Shown in pieces: positions 45,408 through 54,831 of a DNA stretch of 64,000 bases. The translations under genes were made by a program, and so were the position numbers. This DNA comes from an uncultured delta proteobacterium (GTDB lineage Bacteria; Myxococcota; Myxococcia; Myxococcales; Myxococcaceae). Position 1 is the stretch's first letter. Each line of letters starts with the position of its first letter. Under the pieces are notes generated by a model, which saw only the letters and a list, made by a program, of their open reading frames with translations, had not been told where the DNA came from and did no database searches. The stretch is taken from the NCBI GenBank assembly GCA_963776345.1, contig CAVZMH010000017.1, positions 128,001 to 192,000 of the forward strand, read 5' to 3'.

Positions 45408-47132
45408 TCAGGACTCGACGAGCGCGACGAGCTGCTTCGCCGCCTCGCGCGGTCCCTGGAGCGCGCGCTCCACCTCGGCGCGCAGGTCCGCGCTCACCCC
45501 GTCGACGGCCCGGAGGAACGCCGCCTCGCCCGAGCGCGCGACGCCCGCGGACACCCCGGCCAGCGTGAGCCCGGCGATCACCGTCCCGGCCACGGTCCAC
45601 AGGAGCGCCAGCACGCCGGCGTTCAGGAAGTAGCCACCCGGCAGCCAGTGCCCCTCCCAGTAGGCGCGTGCGACGCGGTAGCCGACGTGACCGACGAGCC
45701 CGAGCAGCGGGAGCTGCACCAGCGGCACGAGCAGGAGCCGCGCCCAGCGCCACCAGGCCTGCACCGCGCCGTCGAGCATCGGTCCGGTGACCTCGCGCCA
45801 GGCGAGGCTCCTCGCGCCGGCGAGCCGGGCGAGCCACGCCGGATGCTCGGGCAGCCCGTTGACCGCCGCCGGCAGCCCGCGCTCGGCGGCGACGGCGCGC
45901 GCCGGCGCCAGCGCCTGCCGGGCGAGCGCGTCGAGTACTCCGTCCGCCGTGGCCACCACCCGCTCGGCCGCGGCCTGCCGCCCGCGCGACTGCACCTCGT
46001 CCAGCACCGCACCCGTCGCGGCGACGAGGAGCCCCGCGGGGAGGCTCGCCTGCGAGGCCAGCGCCGCGCCGGCGAGCCCGCCCGAGCCCCACCCCGAGAG
46101 GCGCAGCCCCCAGCCGATGGGCCCGGTGAGCCGCCCCGCCGCCTGCCGGCGAACGCTCTGGCGGAGGAATCCGCCCGCGCCCCCGAGCCGGACCCGGAAG
46201 TCCTCGCCGAGCGGCGTCCGGCACTCGGCGAGCCCCGCCTCGAGCGCCTTCCGCACCTCCCCCCGCGCCTCCTCCGTCGTCCGGAGCGCGTCCGACACCC
46301 GGGCGCGGATCTGCCCGAGCAGGGCCTCGGCATTGCGCCGCCTCAGCTCCGTCGCCACCCCCGCCTCGGCGAGGCTCCGCAGCGAGTGCAGTAAGACCTG
46401 CCAGTCGTCGTCGAGCGGCTCGCCGAGCCGGGCCTTCAAGGCGCTCACCACGAAGACCGGGGGCGGCTCGGTGAGCCCGAGCTCGGCCTGCAGCACCCGC
46501 CCCACCTGCTCGCGGAGCGTCTGCCGTGCCTCGGCCCCGAGCTGGTCGGCGAAGTTCACCACCCCCAGCAGGGCGCGCCGGCGGGCGAACGGCCGGAGCG
46601 CCTCCGTCGGCCTGGCCTCGGCCACCGAGCCACGGTGGAAGACGACCAGCGCCGCGTCCACCTGGTCGAGCACCGCGAGCGCCTGCTCGGCGTTCGCCCG
46701 GGCGACGCTGTTGAGGTCCGGTGTGTCGACGAACACTTGCCCCGACCAGGCGCTGCCCGCCTCGGCCATGTACCGCACGACGCGCGGGACCACCTCGCCG
46801 AGCGTGCCCAGCTCGGCGTCGGCCGGGGCGTAGGCCACGGGCTCCGAGGAGGTGGGCCGGTCCACGCCCTCGCGCGCCAGCACCGTCCCGGCGAGCGCGT
46901 TGAGCAAGGTCGACTTCCCCGCTCCCGTCGAGCCCACCAGCGCGATGCGGAGCGGACGCTCGGCGAGCGCGCGTGTGCGGGCATAGTCCCCGGCCAGGCG
47001 CTCCAGCAGCGGCCGGGCGTCGGCGAGCGCCGGGAGTCCGCACGCCTGGTCGAGCCGGGCCATCACCAGCTCGGGCTCGGGCAGCGCCGCTGGCGGAGTC
47101 TCGTCCTGCTTGGCGCGACGGAACCACCTCAT
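45408..47132 (-). CDS. dynamin-like/TRAFAC GTPase with C-terminal TM hairpin
   Basis: GSTGAGKST, RPTS, DTPD, NFAD, SAL; long helical region; ATGA overlap. Confidence 0.8.
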   Translation of the reverse strand: MRWFRRAKQDETPPAALPEPELVMARLDQACGLPALADARPLLERLAGDYARTRALAERPLRIALVGSTGAGKSTLLNALAGTVLAREGVDRPTSSEPVAYAPADAELGTLGEVVPRVVRYMAEAGSAWSGQVFVDTPDLNSVARANAEQALAVLDQVDAALVVFHRGSVAEARPTEALRPFARRRALLGVVNFADQLGAEARQTLREQVGRVLQAELGLTEPPPVFVVSALKARLGEPLDDDWQVLLHSLRSLAEAGVATELRRRNAEALLGQIRARVSDALRTTEEARGEVRKALEAGLAECRTPLGEDFRVRLGGAGGFLRQSVRRQAAGRLTGPIGWGLRLSGWGSGGLAGAALASQASLPAGLLVAATGAVLDEVQSRGRQAAAERVVATADGVLDALARQALAPARAVAAERGLPAAVNGLPEHPAWLARLAGARSLAWREVTGPMLDGAVQAWWRWARLLLVPLVQLPLLGLVGHVGYRVARAYWEGHWLPGGYFLNAGVLALLWTVAGTVIAGLTLAGVSAGVARSGEAAFLRAVDGVSADLRAEVERALQGPREAAKQLVALVES

Positions 47133-48892
47133 GCTTCGCCTCCCTCGAGCTGCTCGGCGGCCCGGGCGAACGTGCTCGCCGCTCCCCCGGCGGCGGCGAC
47201 CTGCGCATCGAGCCGTGCGAGCAGCGGCGCGAAGAGCCGTGCCTCCAGCGCGCGTCCGAGCGAGCTCCCGTGCGACCGGCTCCACGACTGCACCACCTCG
47301 GCCCGCACCCCCGCGCCGAGCAGATCCACGAAGCGCTCCATCAGCGGGGTGGTGAGCAGCGTGCTGGCCCACACCACCACGTCCTGCCCCACGCCGCCGG
47401 TGACGACGGTGACCGCGGTCGCCGCGCTCGCCGGCACCGAGTACACCAGCGTCGCCAGCGCCTGGATGGCGCCCTCCTCGAAGCCGCCGGGCAGGTGCTC
47501 CCGGACCAGCTCGCGGCAGCGGGCCAGGAGCTGCGCGCGGTCCTCGTGCAGCGACGCGTCCTCCACCAGCGGGCCCGGAGCCTGGAGGGCGGAGAGGGTC
47601 GGCAGCCCGAGCGCCTCGGCGAGCGCCTCGCGGGTGGTGCTGTCGCCTCTCCACGCGGTGAGCTCGGGCCCCAGCGCCTCGAGGAGCTGCCGCACGCCGT
47701 CGCGGAGCGCGGCGTCGGTCGCCGCCGCCGCGGTGGTGTCCAGCGCCTCGGGCTGTGGGGGGCTGAACGAGGCCCGCAGCTTTCGGCCCAGCGCGCCCAG
47801 CGCCGCGGCGAGCCCGCGGAATGGCCGGCGGATCCACCGGTGCACGGGGCTCCGCGCGTCCAGCTCGTCGCGGAAGGCCTCGACCAGCACGTCGGCGGGC
47901 ACGGCGCGGAGCGCGGCCCGGGCGCCCACCTCGCCGAGCCCGTGCCGGATGCGCGTCCGGAGCCGATCCGGCTCGCTGGCCAGGGCCCGCACCTCGGTGG
48001 CCAGCGTGTGCAGCTCGGCGGCGGCGTCGCGGAGGGCCGCGGCGCGGGCGCGGGTGCGGAGCGCTGCGCCCCGCTCGGGGTCGCCGAGGAGCTCCGCCAG
48101 CCCGGGCCCGCCGTCCACCGGCTCGACGGAAAGGCCGCGTCGGCCGGCCTCCACCTCCGGGTCATGCGGACTCCGGTACCGCGCGAAGGGCTGGGCGCCC
48201 ACGTCGGCGGCGAGCTTGTCCAGGTGCGCGCGCACCGTCTCCAGCTCGGGCGCCTCGTTGTAGACCACCACCCAGGGCCGGCCGCGTCCCACCGCCTGCT
48301 GCACCACGTCCACCAGCGCGGCGTTCTGGTAGGTGTGCCGGGAGACGACGAAGACCACCACGTCCACCGTCACCAGCAGGGCCTCGCTCCGGACCCGGTT
48401 CTCGCGCACCACGCTGTCGAAGTCCGGCGTGTCGACCAGGACCAAACCCTCGGGCAGGGTGGCGGTCGCGGTGAGGAAGAGGCGTCCCGGCGGCCCGGGC
48501 TCGGTCACGGGCGCCAAGGCGCCCGGGGGAAGGAGCACCACCTCGTAGCGCGCCGACAGCGCCTCGCGTCCCGCGCCGCTGGCCGTCCCCGGCGTCGCCG
48601 CGGCGAGGCACTGCTGGGTGAGGCCGCCCTCGGCGCGCGCCGGCGAGAGGCCTGTGCCCACCAGGGTGTTGAACAGCGTGGATTTCCCGACGTTGTTCGG
48701 ACCGGCCACGGCGACCAGGAGGAGCGGCGCCTCGCTGCCGAGCCGCGGGAGCAGGTCGCGGAGGATGCGGGTGCGTACCCGCCGGGCGAGCGCCCGGGTC
48801 TCCGCCTCCGCAGCGTCGGGCAGACGGTCAGTCGCCGCCGCCACGTCGCGGAGCGAGGCCAGGAGCGCGGGGGTCTGGGGGTCGGCCGTCAC
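47129..48892 (-). CDS. dynamin-like/TRAFAC GTPase (partner)
   Basis: GPNNVGKST, GGLT, DTPDFDS, YNEA; helical C-terminus with a hydrophobic paddle-like segment. Confidence 0.8.
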   Translation of the reverse strand: MTADPQTPALLASLRDVAAATDRLPDAAEAETRALARRVRTRILRDLLPRLGSEAPLLLVAVAGPNNVGKSTLFNTLVGTGLSPARAEGGLTQQCLAAATPGTASGAGREALSARYEVVLLPPGALAPVTEPGPPGRLFLTATATLPEGLVLVDTPDFDSVVRENRVRSEALLVTVDVVVFVVSRHTYQNAALVDVVQQAVGRGRPWVVVYNEAPELETVRAHLDKLAADVGAQPFARYRSPHDPEVEAGRRGLSVEPVDGGPGLAELLGDPERGAALRTRARAAALRDAAAELHTLATEVRALASEPDRLRTRIRHGLGEVGARAALRAVPADVLVEAFRDELDARSPVHRWIRRPFRGLAAALGALGRKLRASFSPPQPEALDTTAAAATDAALRDGVRQLLEALGPELTAWRGDSTTREALAEALGLPTLSALQAPGPLVEDASLHEDRAQLLARCRELVREHLPGGFEEGAIQALATLVYSVPASAATAVTVVTGGVGQDVVVWASTLLTTPLMERFVDLLGAGVRAEVVQSWSRSHGSSLGRALEARLFAPLLARLDAQVAAAGGAASTFARAAEQLEGGEA

Positions 48893-48919
48893 GCGCCTTT
48901 GGTGCTAGCATCCCCGAGG

Positions 48920-50908
48920 GTGTCGATGCCGTCTCGTTCGGGCCTGGTGCTCCTGCCGGACAGCTCCGGCGTGGGGGACCGGGTGACCGCGGCTCTCGTC
49001 GGGAGCGACGTCGCGCTCTGGCCCGTGGACCGGCTCGCCGAGGCGAGCTACGTCCTGATGGACCTGACGGTGCCGGGCGGCGAGGAGGCGCTGCGCTCGC
49101 TGAGCGCCGCCGGTGGGCGGCAGGCAGTGCTGGCGCTGGTGGATGCGGAGGTGCTCCGGCGGCGCTCGGCGGCGAGCGTCCCCGCGGACTCGCTGGTGGC
49201 CATCGGGCAGCTCGAGGCGGAGCTGGGCTGGCGGCTGCAGAAGGCCCGCGAGCGCCACGCCCTGGAGCTCCAGTCCCGCGTGCAGCAGCGCAACCTGGAC
49301 ATGCTGCTGGAGCTGACCGCGCGCTACGCCGAGTCGACCGACGTCGACGCGCTCCTTCACGACGTCACCCGGCGGCTCGCCGAGATGCTGGACGTCCCCC
49401 GGGCGAGCCTGCTGCTGGAGGACGGGGCCGGCTCGGCGGTGGTGGTCGCGGCGAGCGACGCGCCGGACCTCAAGAATCTACGCATCGACATGGACCGCTA
49501 CCCGGAGGTGCGCCAGTGCCTGCGCACCGGGCAGCCCACGGCGGTGGAGGACGTGCCCAGCCACCCGCTGCTCGAGGGGATGCACGAGCGCGTCGCGGCC
49601 GCCGGGGTGCGCTCCATCGCCGCGCTCCCCTTGAGCGTCCAGGGCAAGGTGCTCGGCGTCCTCCTGGTCCGAGGCTCCGGCGAGCGGCCGGCGTTCACCC
49701 CCGCCGAGGTGGACTTCCTCGCCACCGTGGCGCACGCGACGGCGGTGGCGCTGCGGAACGCCCGGCTGCTCGAGTCGGTGCGCGGCGAGTCGCGGCGCGA
49801 GAAGTCGGCCCGCCTGGTCGCCGAGCAGAAGGCGGCAGAGCTGGAGCGCTACCAGGCGTTCTTCGCCCACGTCTCGGAGGGCATCGCCATCCTGGACGGG
49901 AAGGGCCGGGTGCTGCTGCTCAACCCCGCGGGGGCGGCGATGCTCGACGTGGACGCGGCCGGCCTCGAGGGCCGCCACGTGGAGGACCTGACCGGCGCGC
50001 TCGGCGCCGAGGCGCTGACCGTGCTGCTCTGCGCGGTCGCCCGCGGCGAGGTGCAGCGGGACGTGGACGTCCAGGCCCGCACGCCCGCCGACCGGCACCT
50101 CACCCTGTCGGTCAGCGGCGCGCCGCTCCGCGAGGCGGACGCCGCCGCCATCCTCAGCTTCCGCGACGTGACCGAGCCCCGGCGCATCGAGAACGAGCTC
50201 CGGCGGACCAAGGAGTTCCTGGAGAAGCTGGTGGACAACACCGTGGACGCGGTGGTGGCCACGGACATGACGGGGCGCTTCATCCTCTTCAACAAGGGTG
50301 CGGAGGCGCTGACCGGCTACACCGCGCAGGAGGCGCTGGGAGGGCTCACCGGGGCCAGCTTCTTCGTCGGCGAGAGCGTGGCCCAGGAGCTCCTCCAGAA
50401 GATGCGCTCGTCGGACCACGGCGGTGCCGGACGGCTGGCGCTCACTCGCCAGGACATCGTCGCCAGGTCCGGGGAGAAGGTCCCGGTGAACATGACCGGG
50501 TCCATCCTGTACGAGGGGCAGCGGGAGGTGGCGATGGTGGGCATCCTCCGCGACCTGCGCGACCGGGTGCAGCTCGAGCGGAAGCTGTCCGACGCCACCC
50601 TGCGGCTGGAGCGGAGCGAGCGGAGCGCGGAGATGATCGCCCTGGCCGGCACCGCGGCGCACGAGCTGAACCAGCCGCTGACCTCGGTGCTCGGGTACGC
50701 CGAGCTCCTCAAGCGGAAGCTGGGCCCGGACGACTACGCCTGGGCCAAGGTGGACATCATCCAGAAGGAGGCCGAGCGGATGAAGGAGATCGTCCGGAAG
50801 ATCGGCCGGATCACCCGCTTCGAGACCAAGCCGTACGTGGGCGAGGCCCGCATCCTGGACCTCGAGCTGGCCTCGGACGAGGACACCACCCCCACCCCCA
50901 AGGGATAG
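48920..50908 (+). CDS. GAF-PAS-PAS-HisKA sensor lacking HATPase domain
   Basis: GAF domain, two PAS domains, AHELNQPL; ends ~80 aa later without N/G boxes. Start GTG 48920 or ATG 48926. Confidence 0.88.
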   Translation: MSMPSRSGLVLLPDSSGVGDRVTAALVGSDVALWPVDRLAEASYVLMDLTVPGGEEALRSLSAAGGRQAVLALVDAEVLRRRSAASVPADSLVAIGQLEAELGWRLQKARERHALELQSRVQQRNLDMLLELTARYAESTDVDALLHDVTRRLAEMLDVPRASLLLEDGAGSAVVVAASDAPDLKNLRIDMDRYPEVRQCLRTGQPTAVEDVPSHPLLEGMHERVAAAGVRSIAALPLSVQGKVLGVLLVRGSGERPAFTPAEVDFLATVAHATAVALRNARLLESVRGESRREKSARLVAEQKAAELERYQAFFAHVSEGIAILDGKGRVLLLNPAGAAMLDVDAAGLEGRHVEDLTGALGAEALTVLLCAVARGEVQRDVDVQARTPADRHLTLSVSGAPLREADAAAILSFRDVTEPRRIENELRRTKEFLEKLVDNTVDAVVATDMTGRFILFNKGAEALTGYTAQEALGGLTGASFFVGESVAQELLQKMRSSDHGGAGRLALTRQDIVARSGEKVPVNMTGSILYEGQREVAMVGILRDLRDRVQLERKLSDATLRLERSERSAEMIALAGTAAHELNQPLTSVLGYAELLKRKLGPDDYAWAKVDIIQKEAERMKEIVRKIGRITRFETKPYVGEARILDLELASDEDTTPTPKG

Positions 50909-50930
50909 GGCCGAGGGTGCCCCTCGGTCC
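50908..50930. terminator. hairpin
   Basis: GGGCCGAGGG-TGC-CCCTCGGTCC followed by AAAATTAT. Confidence 0.45.
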
Positions 50931-51096
50931 AAAATTATGGAGAGGTTGCGCGTACTTCCCTACCCCGGATTCTTGACAGCTCGCGCCGGCCGGGACGTAG
51001 GATGCAACTTCACGTCCAGACCCTGAACTTTGCAGGGTTCCAGCGTGACCCGCCGGTCGGCCTGGCCGCGGGCCGCTGACCAGCACGGAGGCATCG

Positions 51097-51831
51097 ATGA
51101 GCGTGGGGTTCCTGTCCCGACTGACGCTGCTCGCCGCAGAGGCGACCGCCTCGGGCAACTTCTTCGACCAGATGGCAGCCCGGTTCCGCGCCGGCAAGGG
51201 CGGGATGTACCCGATCGCCATCTGCGCGGTCGTCGCGCTGGCGATCATCATCGAGCGCATCGTGGTGCTGTTCTTCTCCGCGCCGATCAACAAGGACGGC
51301 TTCCTGCGCGGGCTGAAGAAGCACATCTACGCCGGAGACCTGGACAAGGCGATCAACTACGTGGCCGGCCAGAAGAGCACCCCGCTCACCAACGTGGTGA
51401 AGGCCGGCCTGATGAACGTCCCCAAGGGCGAGGACGAGGTCCAGGCCGCGCTGGACGAGGCCAGCCTCCGCGAGACGCCGAAGCTCGAGGCCCGCACCGG
51501 CTACCTGGCCATGCTGGGGAACGCGGCGATGCTCGCCGGGCTGCTCGGAACGGTGAACGGTCTGATCCAGTGCTTCGAGGCCGTGGCCCACGTGAACCCG
51601 GCGGACAAGGCCACCATCCTCTCGCAGGGCATCTCCGAGGCGATGAACTGCACCTTCTTCGGGCTGCTCACCGCCATCCCGGCGCTGATCATGTTCTCGG
51701 TGCTGAACGGCCGCACCCAGAGCCTGATCAACGACATCAACGAGACCAGCGTCTCGGTGCTGAACCTGGTGGTGAACAACCGGGACAAGTTCAAGAACCT
51801 CACCGTCTCCGCCGGACGCGATGACGAGTAG
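51097..51831 (+). CDS. aglR: MotA/TolQ/ExbB family gliding-motor subunit
   Basis: GLLGTV.G, ISEAMNCT..GL..AIP; closely resembles myxobacterial AglR (from recall); 1 TolQ + 2 TolR layout. Confidence 0.85.
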   Translation: MSVGFLSRLTLLAAEATASGNFFDQMAARFRAGKGGMYPIAICAVVALAIIIERIVVLFFSAPINKDGFLRGLKKHIYAGDLDKAINYVAGQKSTPLTNVVKAGLMNVPKGEDEVQAALDEASLRETPKLEARTGYLAMLGNAAMLAGLLGTVNGLIQCFEAVAHVNPADKATILSQGISEAMNCTFFGLLTAIPALIMFSVLNGRTQSLINDINETSVSVLNLVVNNRDKFKNLTVSAGRDDE

Positions 51832-51886
51832 GTCCCCGGGCCGCTTCCTCACCGCAGCCAACCTCTAGAGATCGGAGACAGCGCGC

Positions 51887-52369
51887 ATGGCCGGCGGGAT
51901 GGACCTGGGTGACAGCAAGGGCCAGAAGAAGGCCCTCGATGCCACCATCAACCTGGTTCCCTTCATCGACCTGATGGCAGTGACCATCAGCTTCCTGATC
52001 ATGACCGCGGTGTGGACGCAGATCGGCCGGCTGCAAGTCAGCGGCGGCGGCGGCGGCGACGACGCCACGCCCGACAAGGACGACAAGACCGTCCCGGTGA
52101 CCCTCCTCCTCTCGGAGAAGGACCTCCGGCTGACCGTGGGGACCAGCACCTTCGACCCCATGCCCATCATCCGGGACGCCAAGCAGCAGATCGATCTCAC
52201 CAAGCTCTCCGAGCGCTTCAAGGACGTGAAGGAAAAGCTCGGCCCCGACCAGACGGCGATCACCGTCCAGACCGAGGACTCGGTCCGCTACGAGGACCTG
52301 GTGCACGTCATCGACGTATGCATCGGCGACGGTTTCCCCTCGGTGTCCGTCGCCCCCGTGAGCACCTGA
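51887..52369 (+). CDS. aglQ: TolR/ExbD family gliding-motor subunit
   Basis: INLVPFIDLMAVTISFL with the channel Asp. Confidence 0.82.
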   Translation: MAGGMDLGDSKGQKKALDATINLVPFIDLMAVTISFLIMTAVWTQIGRLQVSGGGGGDDATPDKDDKTVPVTLLLSEKDLRLTVGTSTFDPMPIIRDAKQQIDLTKLSERFKDVKEKLGPDQTAITVQTEDSVRYEDLVHVIDVCIGDGFPSVSVAPVST

Positions 52370-52371
52370 CC

Positions 52372-52944
52372 ATGGCCATCGAGACTCCAGGCAAGCGCTT
52401 CGGGAAGCGTCTGCGGAAGTCGAAGGTCTTCGGCCACGGGCACGCCGGGCACAAGTCCACCAACGCGGATCTGCTGATCACCCCGCTGGTCGACATGTTC
52501 GTGATCATCGTGCTCTTCCTGATCGCCAACTTCTCGGCGACCGGAGAGATCCTGAACATGACCAAGGACATCCAGCTGCCCACCGCCACGCACGTGGACG
52601 AGCTGGAGCTGGCGCCGGTGGTGATGGTCAGCACCGACGACATCATCATCAACGGCATCTCGGTGGCCCGGGTGGCCGACCTGGCGCGCGACGACTACGT
52701 CACCATCCCCGCGCTGGAGGAGAAGCTCCGCGAGCAGCGCAAGGAGACCGAGGAGCTTCACCAGCTGGCCAACGACGGCACCGCCTTCAAGGGCGTGGTG
52801 AACATCCAGGGCCACAAGGACATCCCCTTCCGGATCATCAAGCGGGTGATGTTCAGCTGCTCGAACGGCGGCTACGCGAACATCAACTTCGCGGTGCTCC
52901 GCGGGTCCGGCCCCGGCGGCGAAAAGACCGCCTCCCTCCCCTAG
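52372..52944 (+). CDS. aglS: TolR/ExbD family gliding-motor subunit
   Basis: ITPLVDMFVIIVLFL; GYANINFAV. Confidence 0.82.
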   Translation: MAIETPGKRFGKRLRKSKVFGHGHAGHKSTNADLLITPLVDMFVIIVLFLIANFSATGEILNMTKDIQLPTATHVDELELAPVVMVSTDDIIINGISVARVADLARDDYVTIPALEEKLREQRKETEELHQLANDGTAFKGVVNIQGHKDIPFRIIKRVMFSCSNGGYANINFAVLRGSGPGGEKTASLP

Positions 52945-52950
52945 CCGTCG

Positions 52951-53190
52951 CTACAGCGAGCGCCAGTCGAGGCGGGTCGGACGGGGCAGCCCGTCCTGCA
53001 GCTCGGCCCGGTGGTAGGCCGTGGCGGCGGAGATCAGGTGGACGATGATCCCCAGCAGCCCGGCGCTCCCGATCCACAGCGCCGGGGTGATGATCAGCCA
53101 GAAGAGGCCCCGGAGCACCTCGCGGTTGTAGATCTGCCCGAGCCCGGGAATCAGGAACGAGAGCAGGGCGGCAACGGCGGGACGAGACAT
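52951..53190 (-). CDS. small TM2-like membrane protein
   Basis: AALLSFLIPGLGQIYN; GGAGG RBS. Confidence 0.75.
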   Translation of the reverse strand: MSRPAVAALLSFLIPGLGQIYNREVLRGLFWLIITPALWIGSAGLLGIIVHLISAATAYHRAELQDGLPRPTRLDWRSL

Positions 53191-53267
53191 GGTATCGGCA
53201 ACCTCCGACCGAGAAGACGGAAGGGGTGGCCGTCGATTGCACCCGTGCAGCGGCAGCGGAACGCCGC

Positions 53268-54062
53268 TCAGGTCTCGAGCGCCTGCGCCGCGGACGCCGG
53301 CGGGGTGTGCGCGTGGGCGTGCTTCAGGAGCCAGCCCCGGACCGGCGGCCCCCCGAACCGCGCCAGCCCCGCGGCGATGCCGAAGCGCACGAGGCGGGCC
53401 ACCGCGGCGGCGACCAGGAATGCCGGGATGGAGACGCCGACCAGCCCGCTGCCGATGGTGGCCAGCTTGAAGGCCGGTGCCACCATGCAGACCACCGCCA
53501 GCGACCACCAGTTCCGGCTGAGGAGCTCGGCGATGGTGCCGTGCACCGCGAACCACCCGGTGTGCGCGGAGGCGATGGCGAAGCAGAGCGTCAGCACGCA
53601 GGCCGCGGCGGCCCGGGCCCAGGCGAACGGGCGCTGGCGCACCCCCTGGAAGGTGGACACGGTGGTCATCACGCCGGACACGCCGGCGAGGATCAGCAGC
53701 ACGTTGCGCAGCCAGTCCGGACCGAGGTCGAGGCGGACGTTGGGGTCGATGTGGATCAGGCTCAGGCCGCCGCGCATCGCCGCGCCGATGCCGTACCCGA
53801 GGAGGCTGCCGGCGACCGAGGCCACCGTGCTCCAGATCATCAGCCGCAACCAGCGGTGCGGGGAGGCGATGACCATGGGGATGAGGAGCACGAACGGCGG
53901 CACGGGGAAGAACGCCGAGTCGATCGCCGAGATCACCATCAGCGCGCTGAACGCGGCCGGGCTGTTGGCGTACGACTCGACCCGGGCATACATCCGGCCG
54001 GACCAGGCCCGGGCCCGTCCCCACGGGCCCAAGGGGAGATGAGACGCGCTGTCGGGAGTCAT
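53268..54062 (-). CDS. DedA/YqaA-family membrane protein
   Basis: DSAFFPVPP, SVAGSLLGYGIG, P.FKLATIGSG, ARLVRF. Confidence 0.85.
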   Translation of the reverse strand: MTPDSASHLPLGPWGRARAWSGRMYARVESYANSPAAFSALMVISAIDSAFFPVPPFVLLIPMVIASPHRWLRLMIWSTVASVAGSLLGYGIGAAMRGGLSLIHIDPNVRLDLGPDWLRNVLLILAGVSGVMTTVSTFQGVRQRPFAWARAAAACVLTLCFAIASAHTGWFAVHGTIAELLSRNWWSLAVVCMVAPAFKLATIGSGLVGVSIPAFLVAAAVARLVRFGIAAGLARFGGPPVRGWLLKHAHAHTPPASAAQALET

Positions 54063-54154
54063 CGAGGAGTCGCCGGACACCCTATCAGGAACCCCCCGGA
54101 TGGAAGGGCCCGCTGTTCGTGGCACCCGGGTGCCCGGATGTTAGGTTGCCCGGC

Positions 54155-54811
54155 ATGACGGCCCTGGAACGGGTGGAGCGCGCCGCAAGCGCGCTGAAGG
54201 TGTTCCCCCTCCCCTCGGCCGTGCTCTTCCCGCACACCGTCCTCCCGCTGCACATCTTCGAGCCCCGCTACCGCTCGCTGGTGAAGTCGGCGCTCGCCGG
54301 CGACAAGGTGATGGCGATGGCGCAGCTCGAGCCGGGCTACGAAGGAAGCTACTCGGGCCGCCCGCGGATGCGGCCGATGGCCTGCGCCGGGGTCATCGCC
54401 TGGCACGAGGAGCTGGACGGCGGCCGGTACAACATCATCGTCCAGGGGACAGCGCGGGCGCGCATCCTGGAGGAGCTGCCGCCCGAGCAGCTCTACCGCG
54501 AGGTGAGGGCGGCCATCCTCCCGGACGTCGAGTACCACGGGGCGGAGGAGGAGCAGCTCCGCCAGGCGATGCTCGAGCTCGCGGCGCGCCTGCCTCCTCC
54601 GGTCGCCCAGGGACTCCTCCAGGCCTCTGCCCGGACCGCTGGCGGCGCGCTCGCCGACGTGGTGGCCTCCAGCGTGGTGGCCGACGTGGACCGCCGGCAG
54701 GAGCTGCTCTGCGAGCTGAACGTGAGCGCCCGTCTCCGGTCGGTGCTGGCCGAGGTCAGCGAGGTGCTGGCCCGTCTCGCCCCGGCGAAGCCCGACGGGC
54801 CGATGAACTGA
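54155..54811 (+). CDS. LON peptidase N-terminal (substrate-binding) domain protein
   Basis: VFPL..VLFP...LPLHIFEPRYR, DGGRYNIIVQG. Confidence 0.9.
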   Translation: MTALERVERAASALKVFPLPSAVLFPHTVLPLHIFEPRYRSLVKSALAGDKVMAMAQLEPGYEGSYSGRPRMRPMACAGVIAWHEELDGGRYNIIVQGTARARILEELPPEQLYREVRAAILPDVEYHGAEEEQLRQAMLELAARLPPPVAQGLLQASARTAGGALADVVASSVVADVDRRQELLCELNVSARLRSVLAEVSEVLARLAPAKPDGPMN

Positions 54812-54831
54812 ATGGGAGCGACGACAGCGCA

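Noticed and set aside
50973..51003. TTGACA...TAGGAT promoter for aglR
   Set aside because: Plausible, but the spacer is 19 bp; too weak to call.
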